The translations under genes and the position numbers were made by a program. A stretch of 52,534 bases of DNA from a virus (Duplodnaviria; Caudoviricetes): IMG/VR virus record IMGVR_UViG_3300036828_000700, positions 1 to 52,534 of that record. One strand, written 5' to 3'. The notes under the pieces were generated by a model. The model made no database searches. It saw nothing but the letters and a program-made list of their open reading frames with translations, and had not been told where the DNA came from. This document shows positions 34,830 to 43,294 of this stretch, piece by piece (position 1 is the stretch's first letter; every line of letters begins with the position of its first letter).

Positions 34830-34988
34830 TTATCGTCTCCTCGCCTTCCGCACCTTCCGCCGCTTACCACTCTCGCGTTTCTTCCGCATTGCAGCGGCAA
34901 CCGCTTGGTCTTGCGGGTGCCCAGCGCGCACCATCTCGCGGATGTTCCCCGATACCGTTGCTTGGCTGGTTCCGGCTTTAAGAGGCAC
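34830..34988 (-). CDS. 52-aa basic phage protein (MPLK.G.S...S.NI.EM..AGHPQ.QAVAAA type) with an Arg tail
   Basis: Translated by hand: MPLKAGTSQATVSGNIREMVRAGHPQDQAVAAAMRKKRESGKRRKVRKARRR*. Confidence 0.75.
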   Translation of the reverse strand: MPLKAGTSQATVSGNIREMVRAGHPQDQAVAAAMRKKRESGKRRKVRKARRR

Positions 34989-35133
34989 GCTGCGATCTCC
35001 GCTTCTTATGTCTGTGCTCGCGCCTGCGCTTGTAGCGCTGACGCGGGATGTCGCGTGCGCGGACTGGACCCTCGTCAGAGGTGGTCGGCGAAAGAAAGTC
35101 AGTGAAGGCGTTGGGCGGTTCTTTGCCGTTCAC
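34978..35133 (-). CDS. 51-aa Arg-tailed micro-protein
   Basis: GTGA overlap; MNGKEPPNAFTDFLSPTTSDEGPVRARDIPRQRYKRRREHRHKKRRSQRAS*. Confidence 0.6.
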   Translation of the reverse strand: MNGKEPPNAFTDFLSPTTSDEGPVRARDIPRQRYKRRREHRHKKRRSQRAS

Positions 35134-36920
35134 GGTTGTTCCTCTTCCGGCTGATCCCCAGCGAATTGGCCGAGGGTGCGGCTGATGGGAGTCGCTAAGG
35201 GTCGCGTTACATATCGGGAGGAAAGCGCCCGGGGAATGATCGGCATGACCGATCGGGTTTCCGGCATATAGGGTATCCCAACCAACCGCGAGAGCATGTC
35301 TATGACTCCGCCGCGGGGTTCTCTCGCTCCGACTTCCGGAATCGCGGCCGCAAGGTCAGGTGCCACTGCCCGCTGGAAGGCATTCGCCTTGGCGGGGTCT
35401 TGTAGCCGGGTGAGAAACGGCATCTCTTTATCGATTCTCTTCATCAGCGTGGGTTGGTCGATGACGCCCTTGAGTTTACCTCCGCTAAAGGTGGTTCGGC
35501 GCGCCCCTTTGAAAGCGTCCTCGAGAATCACTGACGTACCATAGTCGCCGGATAGCTGACCGTAACGGTCACCCCACTTCTCGCCCAGTGGTTTACTGAT
35601 CTGATTCAACCGCTCTTTCAGCGCATCGCGACCGTCATGCCCCGCCACACGATATAGCCAGGAATCCTGTGCGCTCTTCTCAACCCCTGTCGTCCCATAG
35701 GACAGCGCATTCATCCTGCGGATGTGATCGATCGCATCGCCGATGCTGAAGTCCTTCATAACAATGGTGTGCTGGGCGCTGTCCACGTCAGGAAGAGTGA
35801 ATTTTTCTCCGGTCGCTGCTTTGCCCGCTTTGCCGTAGAGCTTCGCTTCAGCGGGTTCCGCAGGTTTGTACTCCTTGATTTTGTTAATGAGATCGTCGCG
35901 GAAATTGCCGAGCTGTTTGCCGGCGCTTCTCTCCAGATCGCCGTTGGCAATCTTTTCGGTCATTTCATCGATGGTCTTGGGCGCACTGCTCAGCGGGAAT
36001 TCGTTGAAGAGATCCATCACCCCCTGCCCGATGCGGCGCGTGGTACGCTCGAGCATTCCGCTCCTGCCCGTATAACGACCTGCCAGCTCAAAACCCTTAC
36101 CCAACAATTTCCCCCCGAGCATTCCACCAGCTTCCTTCGCCCCTTCCACCCCAGCTCGAAAAAGGCGTTCCCCTGACAGATACGGCTTGTCGGACGGTTC
36201 CATGTAACCGCCGACCATGGCCGCACCGATCGGAAGCGCGAGTGAGAGGCCACCAGTCTCAGGGGCCAGAGCTAACGCCGCTACATTGCCTGCCGTGCCG
36301 GCCGCTTCGCCGATCGTTCCTGGGGCAACGTATTGCGCCGCACCCGGCAGTTTCGTGAAAGCGTGTTCGTATCGTTGTTCCAAGCTCGGTGGTCCGCTAG
36401 GCGCTGCGGGCGGTGTCGCGGCGGCGGGAGGTGTTGAAGATGCGGATTTCGGTAGGTAGCGCGCACGGACATCGGCTGGCACTTGGTCCGTTGGTACGGG
36501 CGTGATGCTGCCATCCGGATTTACCATCCCGAACTGATTTCTGCTCGGACTGTATTTGTATTGTGGAGCACCTGAATCAGCCATCGTCGCCCCCGGTACT
36601 CGTGACAGAACTTTCGGTACATACGCGCGGGTTTCGGCCGGGAATATGCCGCGGTCCACATTTGTTTCCCCAGCGTTCCATGCCGCAAGAGCCATCCGCT
36701 CATCGCCGTGGTACTTCCGCAGCAGATAACCCATGTGCGCGTCGTACAACCATTTCTGCGTGGCGGGATTGGTGAGGTCTTTCGCTGGCACACCGTAGTG
36801 AGCAGCGAGTGCAGGCGTGATCTGAGCGAGGCCGATTGCGCCCTTCGGACTTACCGCATAGGGATTACCGCTACTCTCGACACTGACGACGGCAGGCCAG
36901 AGTTCCTCGCTGGAGGGCAT
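35130..36920 (-). CDS. ejection protein with an N-terminal lytic transglycosylase (SLT) domain
   Basis: VESSGNPYAVSPKGAIGLAQI...ALAAWNAG...ETRAYVPKV. Confidence 0.88.
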   Translation of the reverse strand: MPSSEELWPAVVSVESSGNPYAVSPKGAIGLAQITPALAAHYGVPAKDLTNPATQKWLYDAHMGYLLRKYHGDERMALAAWNAGETNVDRGIFPAETRAYVPKVLSRVPGATMADSGAPQYKYSPSRNQFGMVNPDGSITPVPTDQVPADVRARYLPKSASSTPPAAATPPAAPSGPPSLEQRYEHAFTKLPGAAQYVAPGTIGEAAGTAGNVAALALAPETGGLSLALPIGAAMVGGYMEPSDKPYLSGERLFRAGVEGAKEAGGMLGGKLLGKGFELAGRYTGRSGMLERTTRRIGQGVMDLFNEFPLSSAPKTIDEMTEKIANGDLERSAGKQLGNFRDDLINKIKEYKPAEPAEAKLYGKAGKAATGEKFTLPDVDSAQHTIVMKDFSIGDAIDHIRRMNALSYGTTGVEKSAQDSWLYRVAGHDGRDALKERLNQISKPLGEKWGDRYGQLSGDYGTSVILEDAFKGARRTTFSGGKLKGVIDQPTLMKRIDKEMPFLTRLQDPAKANAFQRAVAPDLAAAIPEVGAREPRGGVIDMLSRLVGIPYMPETRSVMPIIPRALSSRYVTRPLATPISRTLGQFAGDQPEEEQP

Positions 36921-36923
36921 GAT

Positions 36924-38057
36924 CTATCTCCAGTCGTTGATCCCCGATGCTCCCCCACCAGCTCCACCAGCAGCGGCAGCGGCATCTGCTTGCTCTCCAA
37001 TAAGGGTCTTGTATTGGTCGAAGTATCCGCCCGGCTCCATCCAATCATGAATCTTTTGCAGAATCAGAACTGGCGCGTCGCCTACTTGCGGAATGTGGTA
37101 CTTCGTAATTTCGTCTGCTTTGGTCGGATTCCTAGACCTCCACGCCTGATCGACCATGCCGATCATAGCCGTGTGGATCATGCTGACTTGACCAACAATC
37201 TCTTGTTCTTTGGGGTCGCCCGCCATGTGCATCGCATTTCTAATGACCGTTCCCCACATCGGCGCTCTGGACTTATCCATCTTATAGTCGCCGATCGTCT
37301 TCTGCAGACGGTTCATGCCCTGCACGGCACTTGCGAGCACATGCTTTCCCTCCTCCAACTGTGCAGCACCAGCGCGCGGAGGTGCCTCACCAGCGATGGT
37401 TCCGGCGGGTGCCTGCTTGGGAACATACTTGTAGTAGGCCTTACCGCCCTCCCAGAAGGGTCCCTTGATTTCCGTCGCGTCAGGTCCAGCCGCTTGGTGA
37501 AATTTGTCGAAGCTGGGAATCACAGACTTGTCGAATTCTTCGAGGTCAGCCGGATTGGGATTTGGATCCTGCGCGATTGCTTTGGCTCGAGCGAGTACAT
37601 CCGCAGGGACACCAGGCGGATTTGAATTCGCCCAAGTCCCGATATGCGCCTGCATCTCAGCGGGCGTTGCGGGTTTGGGTTTTGCCGCCTGGGTCTGCAA
37701 TTCGTAGAATTTGTCTGGCGTCATCGCGCCGATGCCGACCAGCCTCATCTGCTTGTCCGTATCAGACATCGTCTTATCGGCGATGATGTCATTGATGTGC
37801 TGTTGCATGGCTGACTGCTGCAACGACTTGCCGATGTCACCACCCATGACACTGGTGATGGCGTTTGGTGATGCGCCAGCCTTGAACATCTGGCGTGCCA
37901 TCTCATATTCGGGATCTGGGCCGAGTGCATCGAGTGCTTTCCCGAACGACGAACGGTCGAGGTTCTGTTGCTGGACGTTCTGGAGGTTTTGCCAGTTCCG
38001 CCCAGCCGATCCAGCCAGCGTACCCGCGAGGCCCAACCCAGTGAGAAAGCCCGCCAC
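36924..38057 (-). CDS. internal virion/DNA ejection protein
   Basis: MAGFLTGLG..., Gln/Ala-rich; position typical of podovirus ejection genes. Confidence 0.7.
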   Translation of the reverse strand: MAGFLTGLGLAGTLAGSAGRNWQNLQNVQQQNLDRSSFGKALDALGPDPEYEMARQMFKAGASPNAITSVMGGDIGKSLQQSAMQQHINDIIADKTMSDTDKQMRLVGIGAMTPDKFYELQTQAAKPKPATPAEMQAHIGTWANSNPPGVPADVLARAKAIAQDPNPNPADLEEFDKSVIPSFDKFHQAAGPDATEIKGPFWEGGKAYYKYVPKQAPAGTIAGEAPPRAGAAQLEEGKHVLASAVQGMNRLQKTIGDYKMDKSRAPMWGTVIRNAMHMAGDPKEQEIVGQVSMIHTAMIGMVDQAWRSRNPTKADEITKYHIPQVGDAPVLILQKIHDWMEPGGYFDQYKTLIGEQADAAAAAGGAGGGASGINDWR

Positions 38058-38264
38058 TTATTCCTCCAGCGATCCCAGAGCGCCGTTCTTTCGGTAGAGC
38101 AGGAAGTCGTAGTTCGGTGCCTGCTGGAGTGGTGCGGATGGCATCCCGAGGATCGCGCGCTCAAGTACCAGCTCAAACATCTGCATCGGCTCAGGCTCAA
38201 ACATGGTTCCCGGCGGGAATCCCATCAGCGCACGTTGGATCGCTTGTACGAGTAAATCAGCCAT
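38058..38264 (-). CDS. hypothetical protein
   Basis: Abuts the downstream gene. Confidence 0.5.
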   Translation of the reverse strand: MADLLVQAIQRALMGFPPGTMFEPEPMQMFELVLERAILGMPSAPLQQAPNYDFLLYRKNGALGSLEE

Positions 38265-38276
38265 TTGTGCGCCCCG

Positions 38277-39182
38277 TCAGGAGGAGGAGGACGTTCCGCC
38301 TCGGCCCCCTCCGAAAATATCGGACTCCACGAAGCCCCCTAAGGCACTCGTGTCTCCCCCTGGGTACAGTCCACTCGCGAGTGCATTCGACCTGAGCCAG
38401 TCAGTCATGGCTGCTTCCTGCATCTGCGCGAGGACTGGTGCGATGGCCGTGGTGTAAGCCTGATTCATCAGGTAGGGCGCGTTTATCTGGCCGGTTTCTT
38501 GGCCCTGTGCAGCCAACTGCGGCATGATGGATTTCCGAAGTGCCGCCGCCTGTGACTTGGCAAGCTGCTGTGATTGTTTCGCAAGAGCGTTTGGGTCCAG
38601 CAGGCTGCGTTGCTGGAGGTACTTCAGGAGATCGGTGGTGCCGCCAGCGATACCCTGCAGACCCTGTGCACTCAGAAGCCCAGGCCAACCACCTTTGTCA
38701 GAAGCGGGCTGATTGCCAAAGAACAGGCTGCGCCAGAAACCGGGAGAGGAGGGATCGGTCGCCGCTGGGTCAGTGAAAGCCACGGCGGGGTTGCCGCCTG
38801 GTGTCCCGACCCCAGTACCTGTGGGATCGGTGTACCAGTTCGCGGCTACTGGCGACGGTGGACCGGCGAAAGGCGACGTACCAGCCACCGCGCTTCCTCC
38901 AGCCGTCAGATTTGGGCTGATGGTCGGTGGTGGGCCGTAAGGACCGACACCGACAGGTGCCGCCATCATACCGCCTGAACTAGAACCGTCCGCTGCGGCC
39001 CCCGTCACATCGCCGAAGTTAGTGGGCAAATTCACCCCCGTGTAGTCACCACCACCAGCGGGTGCGCCACTACCAGTGAGGTAGTTGCCCGCTGCACCCA
39101 TCCACCCAGTCGGGCCACCACCGATGAAACTCGGAGCGACGTTGCCCAGAGCCGATAATCCTGCACCGATTGTTTCCGACAT
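38277..39182 (-). CDS. Gly-rich DNA pilot/ejection protein
   Basis: Composition and position. Confidence 0.65.
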   Translation of the reverse strand: MSETIGAGLSALGNVAPSFIGGGPTGWMGAAGNYLTGSGAPAGGGDYTGVNLPTNFGDVTGAAADGSSSGGMMAAPVGVGPYGPPPTISPNLTAGGSAVAGTSPFAGPPSPVAANWYTDPTGTGVGTPGGNPAVAFTDPAATDPSSPGFWRSLFFGNQPASDKGGWPGLLSAQGLQGIAGGTTDLLKYLQQRSLLDPNALAKQSQQLAKSQAAALRKSIMPQLAAQGQETGQINAPYLMNQAYTTAIAPVLAQMQEAAMTDWLRSNALASGLYPGGDTSALGGFVESDIFGGGRGGTSSSS

Positions 39183-39191
39183 AATGCTCTC

Positions 39192-39626
39192 CTATGCCGC
39201 CATCGCGTATTGCGCGAACGGGTTGCTGGGACCGAACAGATTGGCGGCGATCTGATTGCCGTAATCCCCTGTACCAGCACCAGCACTAGGCGGCGTCCCA
39301 GCACCGAAGGGGTTGAGAGTAAGCTGCTGGGGTTGAGCACTGGGGAGATCTCCTCCCGCTACCATCGGTGCTGCGGTCAACGCTGGTGCTGAAACCGATG
39401 GCAAGCTCGGCGCTTTCGGTTGAGTAAGAGCGGACCCTATTCCGCCGCCGACACCTGAGACCAGACCCGGAAGAGCGGTCGCCAGTCCGCTCGCCGTTGC
39501 TCCGCTCAGTCCTGCGGACGCCAACGAACCAGCTATTGGTCCTGCTGGACCTATGAATGGTGTCAACGCTGCGCCTGCCGCCATTGGCAGAATCCGCGCC
39601 ATCAGTTGTCCTATGCCAGATCCCAT
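39192..39626 (-). CDS. Gly/Ala-rich pilot-like protein
   Basis: Hydrophobic GxxxG-rich N-terminus. Confidence 0.65.
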   Translation of the reverse strand: MGSGIGQLMARILPMAAGAALTPFIGPAGPIAGSLASAGLSGATASGLATALPGLVSGVGGGIGSALTQPKAPSLPSVSAPALTAAPMVAGGDLPSAQPQQLTLNPFGAGTPPSAGAGTGDYGNQIAANLFGPSNPFAQYAMAA

Positions 39627-39974
39627 TTAAATAACTCCCACTGCTAGATCGCCCTTGAACGGCTCAAAGTAAGCTCCCTGTCGATGGGCGATTTCTAGCA
39701 ATTTTTTCTCTTCATCGATCTCGCTTGCCAGCCAGACCATGTATCTGCGAAAACCGCGCTCGCGGCATTCCTTGAGAACGTGTTGTAGCAGCCGGTGTGC
39801 CCACAGCGTCGGCATTTCTCCCCAGCGCACAAGGCGTAGCAGCATGACGACATCATGTGCGCCGCCCGCGATGAGCACCGCGTTGCCATAAACCCAGACC
39901 CAGGCCGGATCGAAGGTCTGGAACTCCAACGGGATGGGCAACACATCGCCCTCGCGTGGATGCTTGATCTCCAT
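39627..39974 (-). CDS. GNAT-fold-like tail assembly protein (tentative)
   Basis: AHRLLQHVLKECRERGFRR pattern; located next to the nozzle gene. Confidence 0.55.
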   Translation of the reverse strand: MEIKHPREGDVLPIPLEFQTFDPAWVWVYGNAVLIAGGAHDVVMLLRLVRWGEMPTLWAHRLLQHVLKECRERGFRRYMVWLASEIDEEKKLLEIAHRQGAYFEPFKGDLAVGVI

Positions 39975-41935
39975 CAGAACCTCTGGCCGAACGGCCGCGG
40001 CTCCTTCGCGGTGATGTGGTAGTCCACGCCCTCGATGTTGGCGGGGCCGGAACCGGAGTAGGTTCCGTTGAGCGAGGGACCAGTCTGATGAACGTCGAGC
40101 GCCACCCCCAGATCCTCGTTGCCGTAATAGTTCGCCGTCGTCGCAATGTTAGGAGAGGTGCCGGACGAAGGTCCAGCGCCACCTACCTGCTGAATGTTAT
40201 TCGGCTGTGACTCCTCCCCGATGTTGAAAAAGCCGGTGATCTGTCCCGCTTGCGGCGCGGTCAGCCGCACATTGGCCCGCCGGAAATATGCTCGTGACCC
40301 TGGTTCACCGACTTCTGGCGGTCGGAAGGACCAGGCGACTTGCGTCGGAGGAGCGGTAGCATCCCACGCGGAATCTCCCGCCTGCCACTGCCGGATCGAT
40401 GCGACGTTGCCTGGACCGAAATCCGCTATCACCGTCCTCGCGTCGAAGCCGCTCACATACGGTGGTCGCAACTGCTGCATACAGGTGATCGGATACTGGG
40501 TGCCATTCGGTAGCGGTAGTAGGGTTCCGTTCATGTAATCGATAACCATCCACGCCCGCATCACCAAGTCGTAGGCGAAGATCCGCGTGGTGTTCCCGTC
40601 AGTGGTCGGCAGGGAGCAGATATACAGCGGCGGATTGGTAGTCAGGGTTCCGCGCGCCTTGCTCAAGCGCTTGAAGTCCACGCCTGGAGTTACCAGATCA
40701 CCGTAGATGTAGGGTCGCACTTCTTCGCTGATGAGCCGATCGTTGATGCCGTCGAAGAGTGCGAATCCCAAGTGACAGAACCTAATCACGCCGAAGCCCG
40801 TGGCGAACTGAACGCTGCGGGGCGCGAGACATCCCATGTCAGTTTTCACCTGGGTGGTCTGGAAGTTCTGCGCCTGAAAAACCCCAGAGACGGTGTAGGT
40901 ACTGTAGTCCTTGAACAGGACCAGCGTGCCGCTGGGCGTGATTCCAGCCTCAGCGATGGTGAAGGTCGCGATGCCAGTCCCTTGAGTTCCGTCGTCCTGT
41001 CCCACGGTTTCGGTGTTGCCGAGCGGCCACGCATCCGCGTTGTTGGGATCGCTCTGCCGCAGCACGCTGGGACCGTCGATGCTGCCATTGGCGATGGTGG
41101 TCTGCGGAGCTGTGTTCCAGGCCCACAGCGAGTTGGCGTGCTTGATGATGTGCGCGGCTCCATGCGGCGGGAACTGCTTGGCGAGGTCGGGCTTTTCCTT
41201 GATCACCATCCAGATGATCTGGTTGTCCGCGATGGTTTCGCCTGAGCCTGGGTGTGCTGCGCCCGAACTACCGAAAGCGGGCTTAGTGGTTCCGGACATC
41301 CCGCCAGATCCGACGCCGCTCGAGTTGGACAGCCCGCTAGCCGCAGAACTGACGGTGACATTGACCACTTGCCAGGTTGAGAGAACACCGTTGCCGTCAT
41401 TCTCAGCGATTCGCTGGCCGATCGAGTAAAAGGTATTCGCTTTCCAACTGGGTGCGCCGATGTCGCCGATCCCGAGATTCTGAAAGACACCTCCCAATGA
41501 TGGCAACCCAGTCATCTTCACCAGCGAAGCGTTGTTGCCCAGCGAGATGACCGTGACGCCGGCAAAGTTGACGAACTGCGGCATATCCCAATTGGCGGTG
41601 TTCGAAAGCAGCGTCAGGAACGTGAAGGCGCTGACAGGCGTCAGACCCCACTGGTAAATTCCCATGTTTTGCCCGTTGGGAGCGGCCATGATGGGAAACA
41701 CTTGGAAGGTGTTGGGATCGATGAACAGACCAATCTCCTGGATGGGACTGCCAGGATTGGATCCTGAGGCATCGGTCGAAAGCACCCCAGTCCCATCGCA
41801 GACCGTGAGCGCACCGCGCTGACTGAGCAGAAAATTGCTCGAGCGCTGGATCGCCCCTTTCGTGATGTTGAAGCGGTCCATCGAGGCGATGACGCCCTTC
41901 AGGAACCCCTTCTGCGAGACCACCTTGAACGGCAT
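39974..41935 (-). CDS. tail nozzle/tubular protein B-like (beta-propeller)
   Basis: LRQSDPNNADAWP, LVLFKD, GCLAPRSV, LISEEVRP and IFAYD..RAW patterns. Confidence 0.75.
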   Translation of the reverse strand: MPFKVVSQKGFLKGVIASMDRFNITKGAIQRSSNFLLSQRGALTVCDGTGVLSTDASGSNPGSPIQEIGLFIDPNTFQVFPIMAAPNGQNMGIYQWGLTPVSAFTFLTLLSNTANWDMPQFVNFAGVTVISLGNNASLVKMTGLPSLGGVFQNLGIGDIGAPSWKANTFYSIGQRIAENDGNGVLSTWQVVNVTVSSAASGLSNSSGVGSGGMSGTTKPAFGSSGAAHPGSGETIADNQIIWMVIKEKPDLAKQFPPHGAAHIIKHANSLWAWNTAPQTTIANGSIDGPSVLRQSDPNNADAWPLGNTETVGQDDGTQGTGIATFTIAEAGITPSGTLVLFKDYSTYTVSGVFQAQNFQTTQVKTDMGCLAPRSVQFATGFGVIRFCHLGFALFDGINDRLISEEVRPYIYGDLVTPGVDFKRLSKARGTLTTNPPLYICSLPTTDGNTTRIFAYDLVMRAWMVIDYMNGTLLPLPNGTQYPITCMQQLRPPYVSGFDARTVIADFGPGNVASIRQWQAGDSAWDATAPPTQVAWSFRPPEVGEPGSRAYFRRANVRLTAPQAGQITGFFNIGEESQPNNIQQVGGAGPSSGTSPNIATTANYYGNEDLGVALDVHQTGPSLNGTYSGSGPANIEGVDYHITAKEPRPFGQRF

Positions 41936-42064
41936 CTATCGTCGCCGACCTCTCATGCTGTAACGCCGCGGCGGATGGTGCATCGGTCCCATCCGACCGC
42001 GCCGCTGTCCTGGTGATGCGATGTGTGGTCGCCGTCCGTGATGATGAGTGGTGTTCCTTGCCAT
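41936..42064 (-). CDS. 42-aa Arg/His-rich micro-protein
   Basis: AGGAG SD; MARNTTHHHGRRPHIASPGQRRGRMGPMHHPPRRYSMRGRRR*. Confidence 0.6.
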   Translation of the reverse strand: MARNTTHHHGRRPHIASPGQRRGRMGPMHHPPRRYSMRGRRR

Positions 42065-42066
42065 GG

Positions 42067-42261
42067 TCATCTCCTATATTGGCGAGAGCGTTTGCGTCCC
42101 TTCGCTCCCATCGCCTGAAATCGTCCTTTGCCGTACTTGGCCCGTCCGATCGCGGCCGCAACGGCACCTGGATCACTGACATTGCCACGCCTACCGATCT
42201 TGGCCTTGAGCGAGGCGAACCGTCCACCGCCGCCCAGCTTCATCGATTTTCTTCGGGCCAT
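42067..42261 (-). CDS. small basic phage protein
   Basis: AAGGAGG SD; KLGGGGRF..L...DPGAVAAAIGR.KYGK..FQ.M..KGRKR. Confidence 0.75.
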   Translation of the reverse strand: MARRKSMKLGGGGRFASLKAKIGRRGNVSDPGAVAAAIGRAKYGKGRFQAMGAKGRKRSRQYRR

Positions 42262-42272
42262 TGGCTTCCTCC

Positions 42273-43016
42273 TTATCCGTTTATTGGCCCCATGCTGGGC
42301 GGGGTCACGTTGCTTTGCTGCATTCCTTCGGACGGCTCCTCGATGTCCCCCGACTTGGGGAAGCCGGGTTGATTGCCCGCGCCGCCGCTTGGACCCGTGA
42401 ACGTGAGGATCATTGCGTTGCCCGCGCCGGGAGTGATCGCAGTCCAGCCACCTGTAAGCGGACTGCCTGCGGTGCCAGCGGCGGGATTATACGCCACCAC
42501 GCCATTTAGCGGTGAAAAGGCCGTGTTGGCCTGTTGTTGCGTGGTCGTAAATCCCGGCATCGGGGTCACAGTGACCGTGTACTGGGTCTGCTGCCACGCC
42601 ACGGCTACCTCGCCAGTTTGCGCCAGCGATCCAGCGGTGGTCACTTCTGCCGCGCTGCCCGAGGGGAATGGTGTCAGTTGCTCGCCGATCTGATCCTGCG
42701 CGGTAACTCCTCCAAGGTCGAGGACGTAATAGGTCATCCCGTCGAAGGTAAGCCCCGTTGTTGAGAACGACGTTGTTCCTCCCGGCACGTTGAATGCCCA
42801 CGCCGAACCCATCGTCACATCGCCGTCTGCGGACTGGAACGTAGGGCCATAGACCCATGAATAGCCGGGAGTGGAGATCGTGATGGCATGGGCAGTGCCA
42901 CCCGCCTGTAATGACCAGACCACCAGCACGCAGTCGCCTGCGTTGGGGGTGAAGGGACGGCTGGTCAGTTCAGGACTGCCTCCAATGCCATCCTGAGTCA
43001 GTAGCGTGACAGTCAT
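42273..43016 (-). CDS. beta-rich virion accessory protein
   Basis: Thr/Gly-rich beta pattern in the tail region. Confidence 0.65.
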   Translation of the reverse strand: MTVTLLTQDGIGGSPELTSRPFTPNAGDCVLVVWSLQAGGTAHAITISTPGYSWVYGPTFQSADGDVTMGSAWAFNVPGGTTSFSTTGLTFDGMTYYVLDLGGVTAQDQIGEQLTPFPSGSAAEVTTAGSLAQTGEVAVAWQQTQYTVTVTPMPGFTTTQQQANTAFSPLNGVVAYNPAAGTAGSPLTGGWTAITPGAGNAMILTFTGPSGGAGNQPGFPKSGDIEEPSEGMQQSNVTPPSMGPING

Positions 43017-43019
43017 AGG

Positions 43020-43286
43020 CTAGTGTTTCGTCGCTCCCGATTTCGGCGGGTCGAGCTTTTGAATCTCGGCCTTCAGCGAGTCATTCTCCTTTTTGAGTGC
43101 CGCGATGGTCTGAGCCGCTGCGGTTTCTTCTGCGTTGCAGCCGACTTGGTGAAGTTGGCCCAAAAGCTGCTGCACATCAGGCGCGACGGTGGGCTGGGCT
43201 ATCGGTGCCTGAGCAGACACCATCGCATCGACCAGAAAAACATTCGCTACACAGACCGCGAGCACGATTCCTAAAATGACTCTCAT
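43020..43286 (-). CDS. signal-peptide plus coiled-coil small protein (spanin-like or chaperone candidate)
   Basis: Hydrophobic N-terminus, heptad-repeat C-terminus. Confidence 0.6.
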   Translation of the reverse strand: MRVILGIVLAVCVANVFLVDAMVSAQAPIAQPTVAPDVQQLLGQLHQVGCNAEETAAAQTIAALKKENDSLKAEIQKLDPPKSGATKH

Positions 43287-43294
43287 GGTTCACC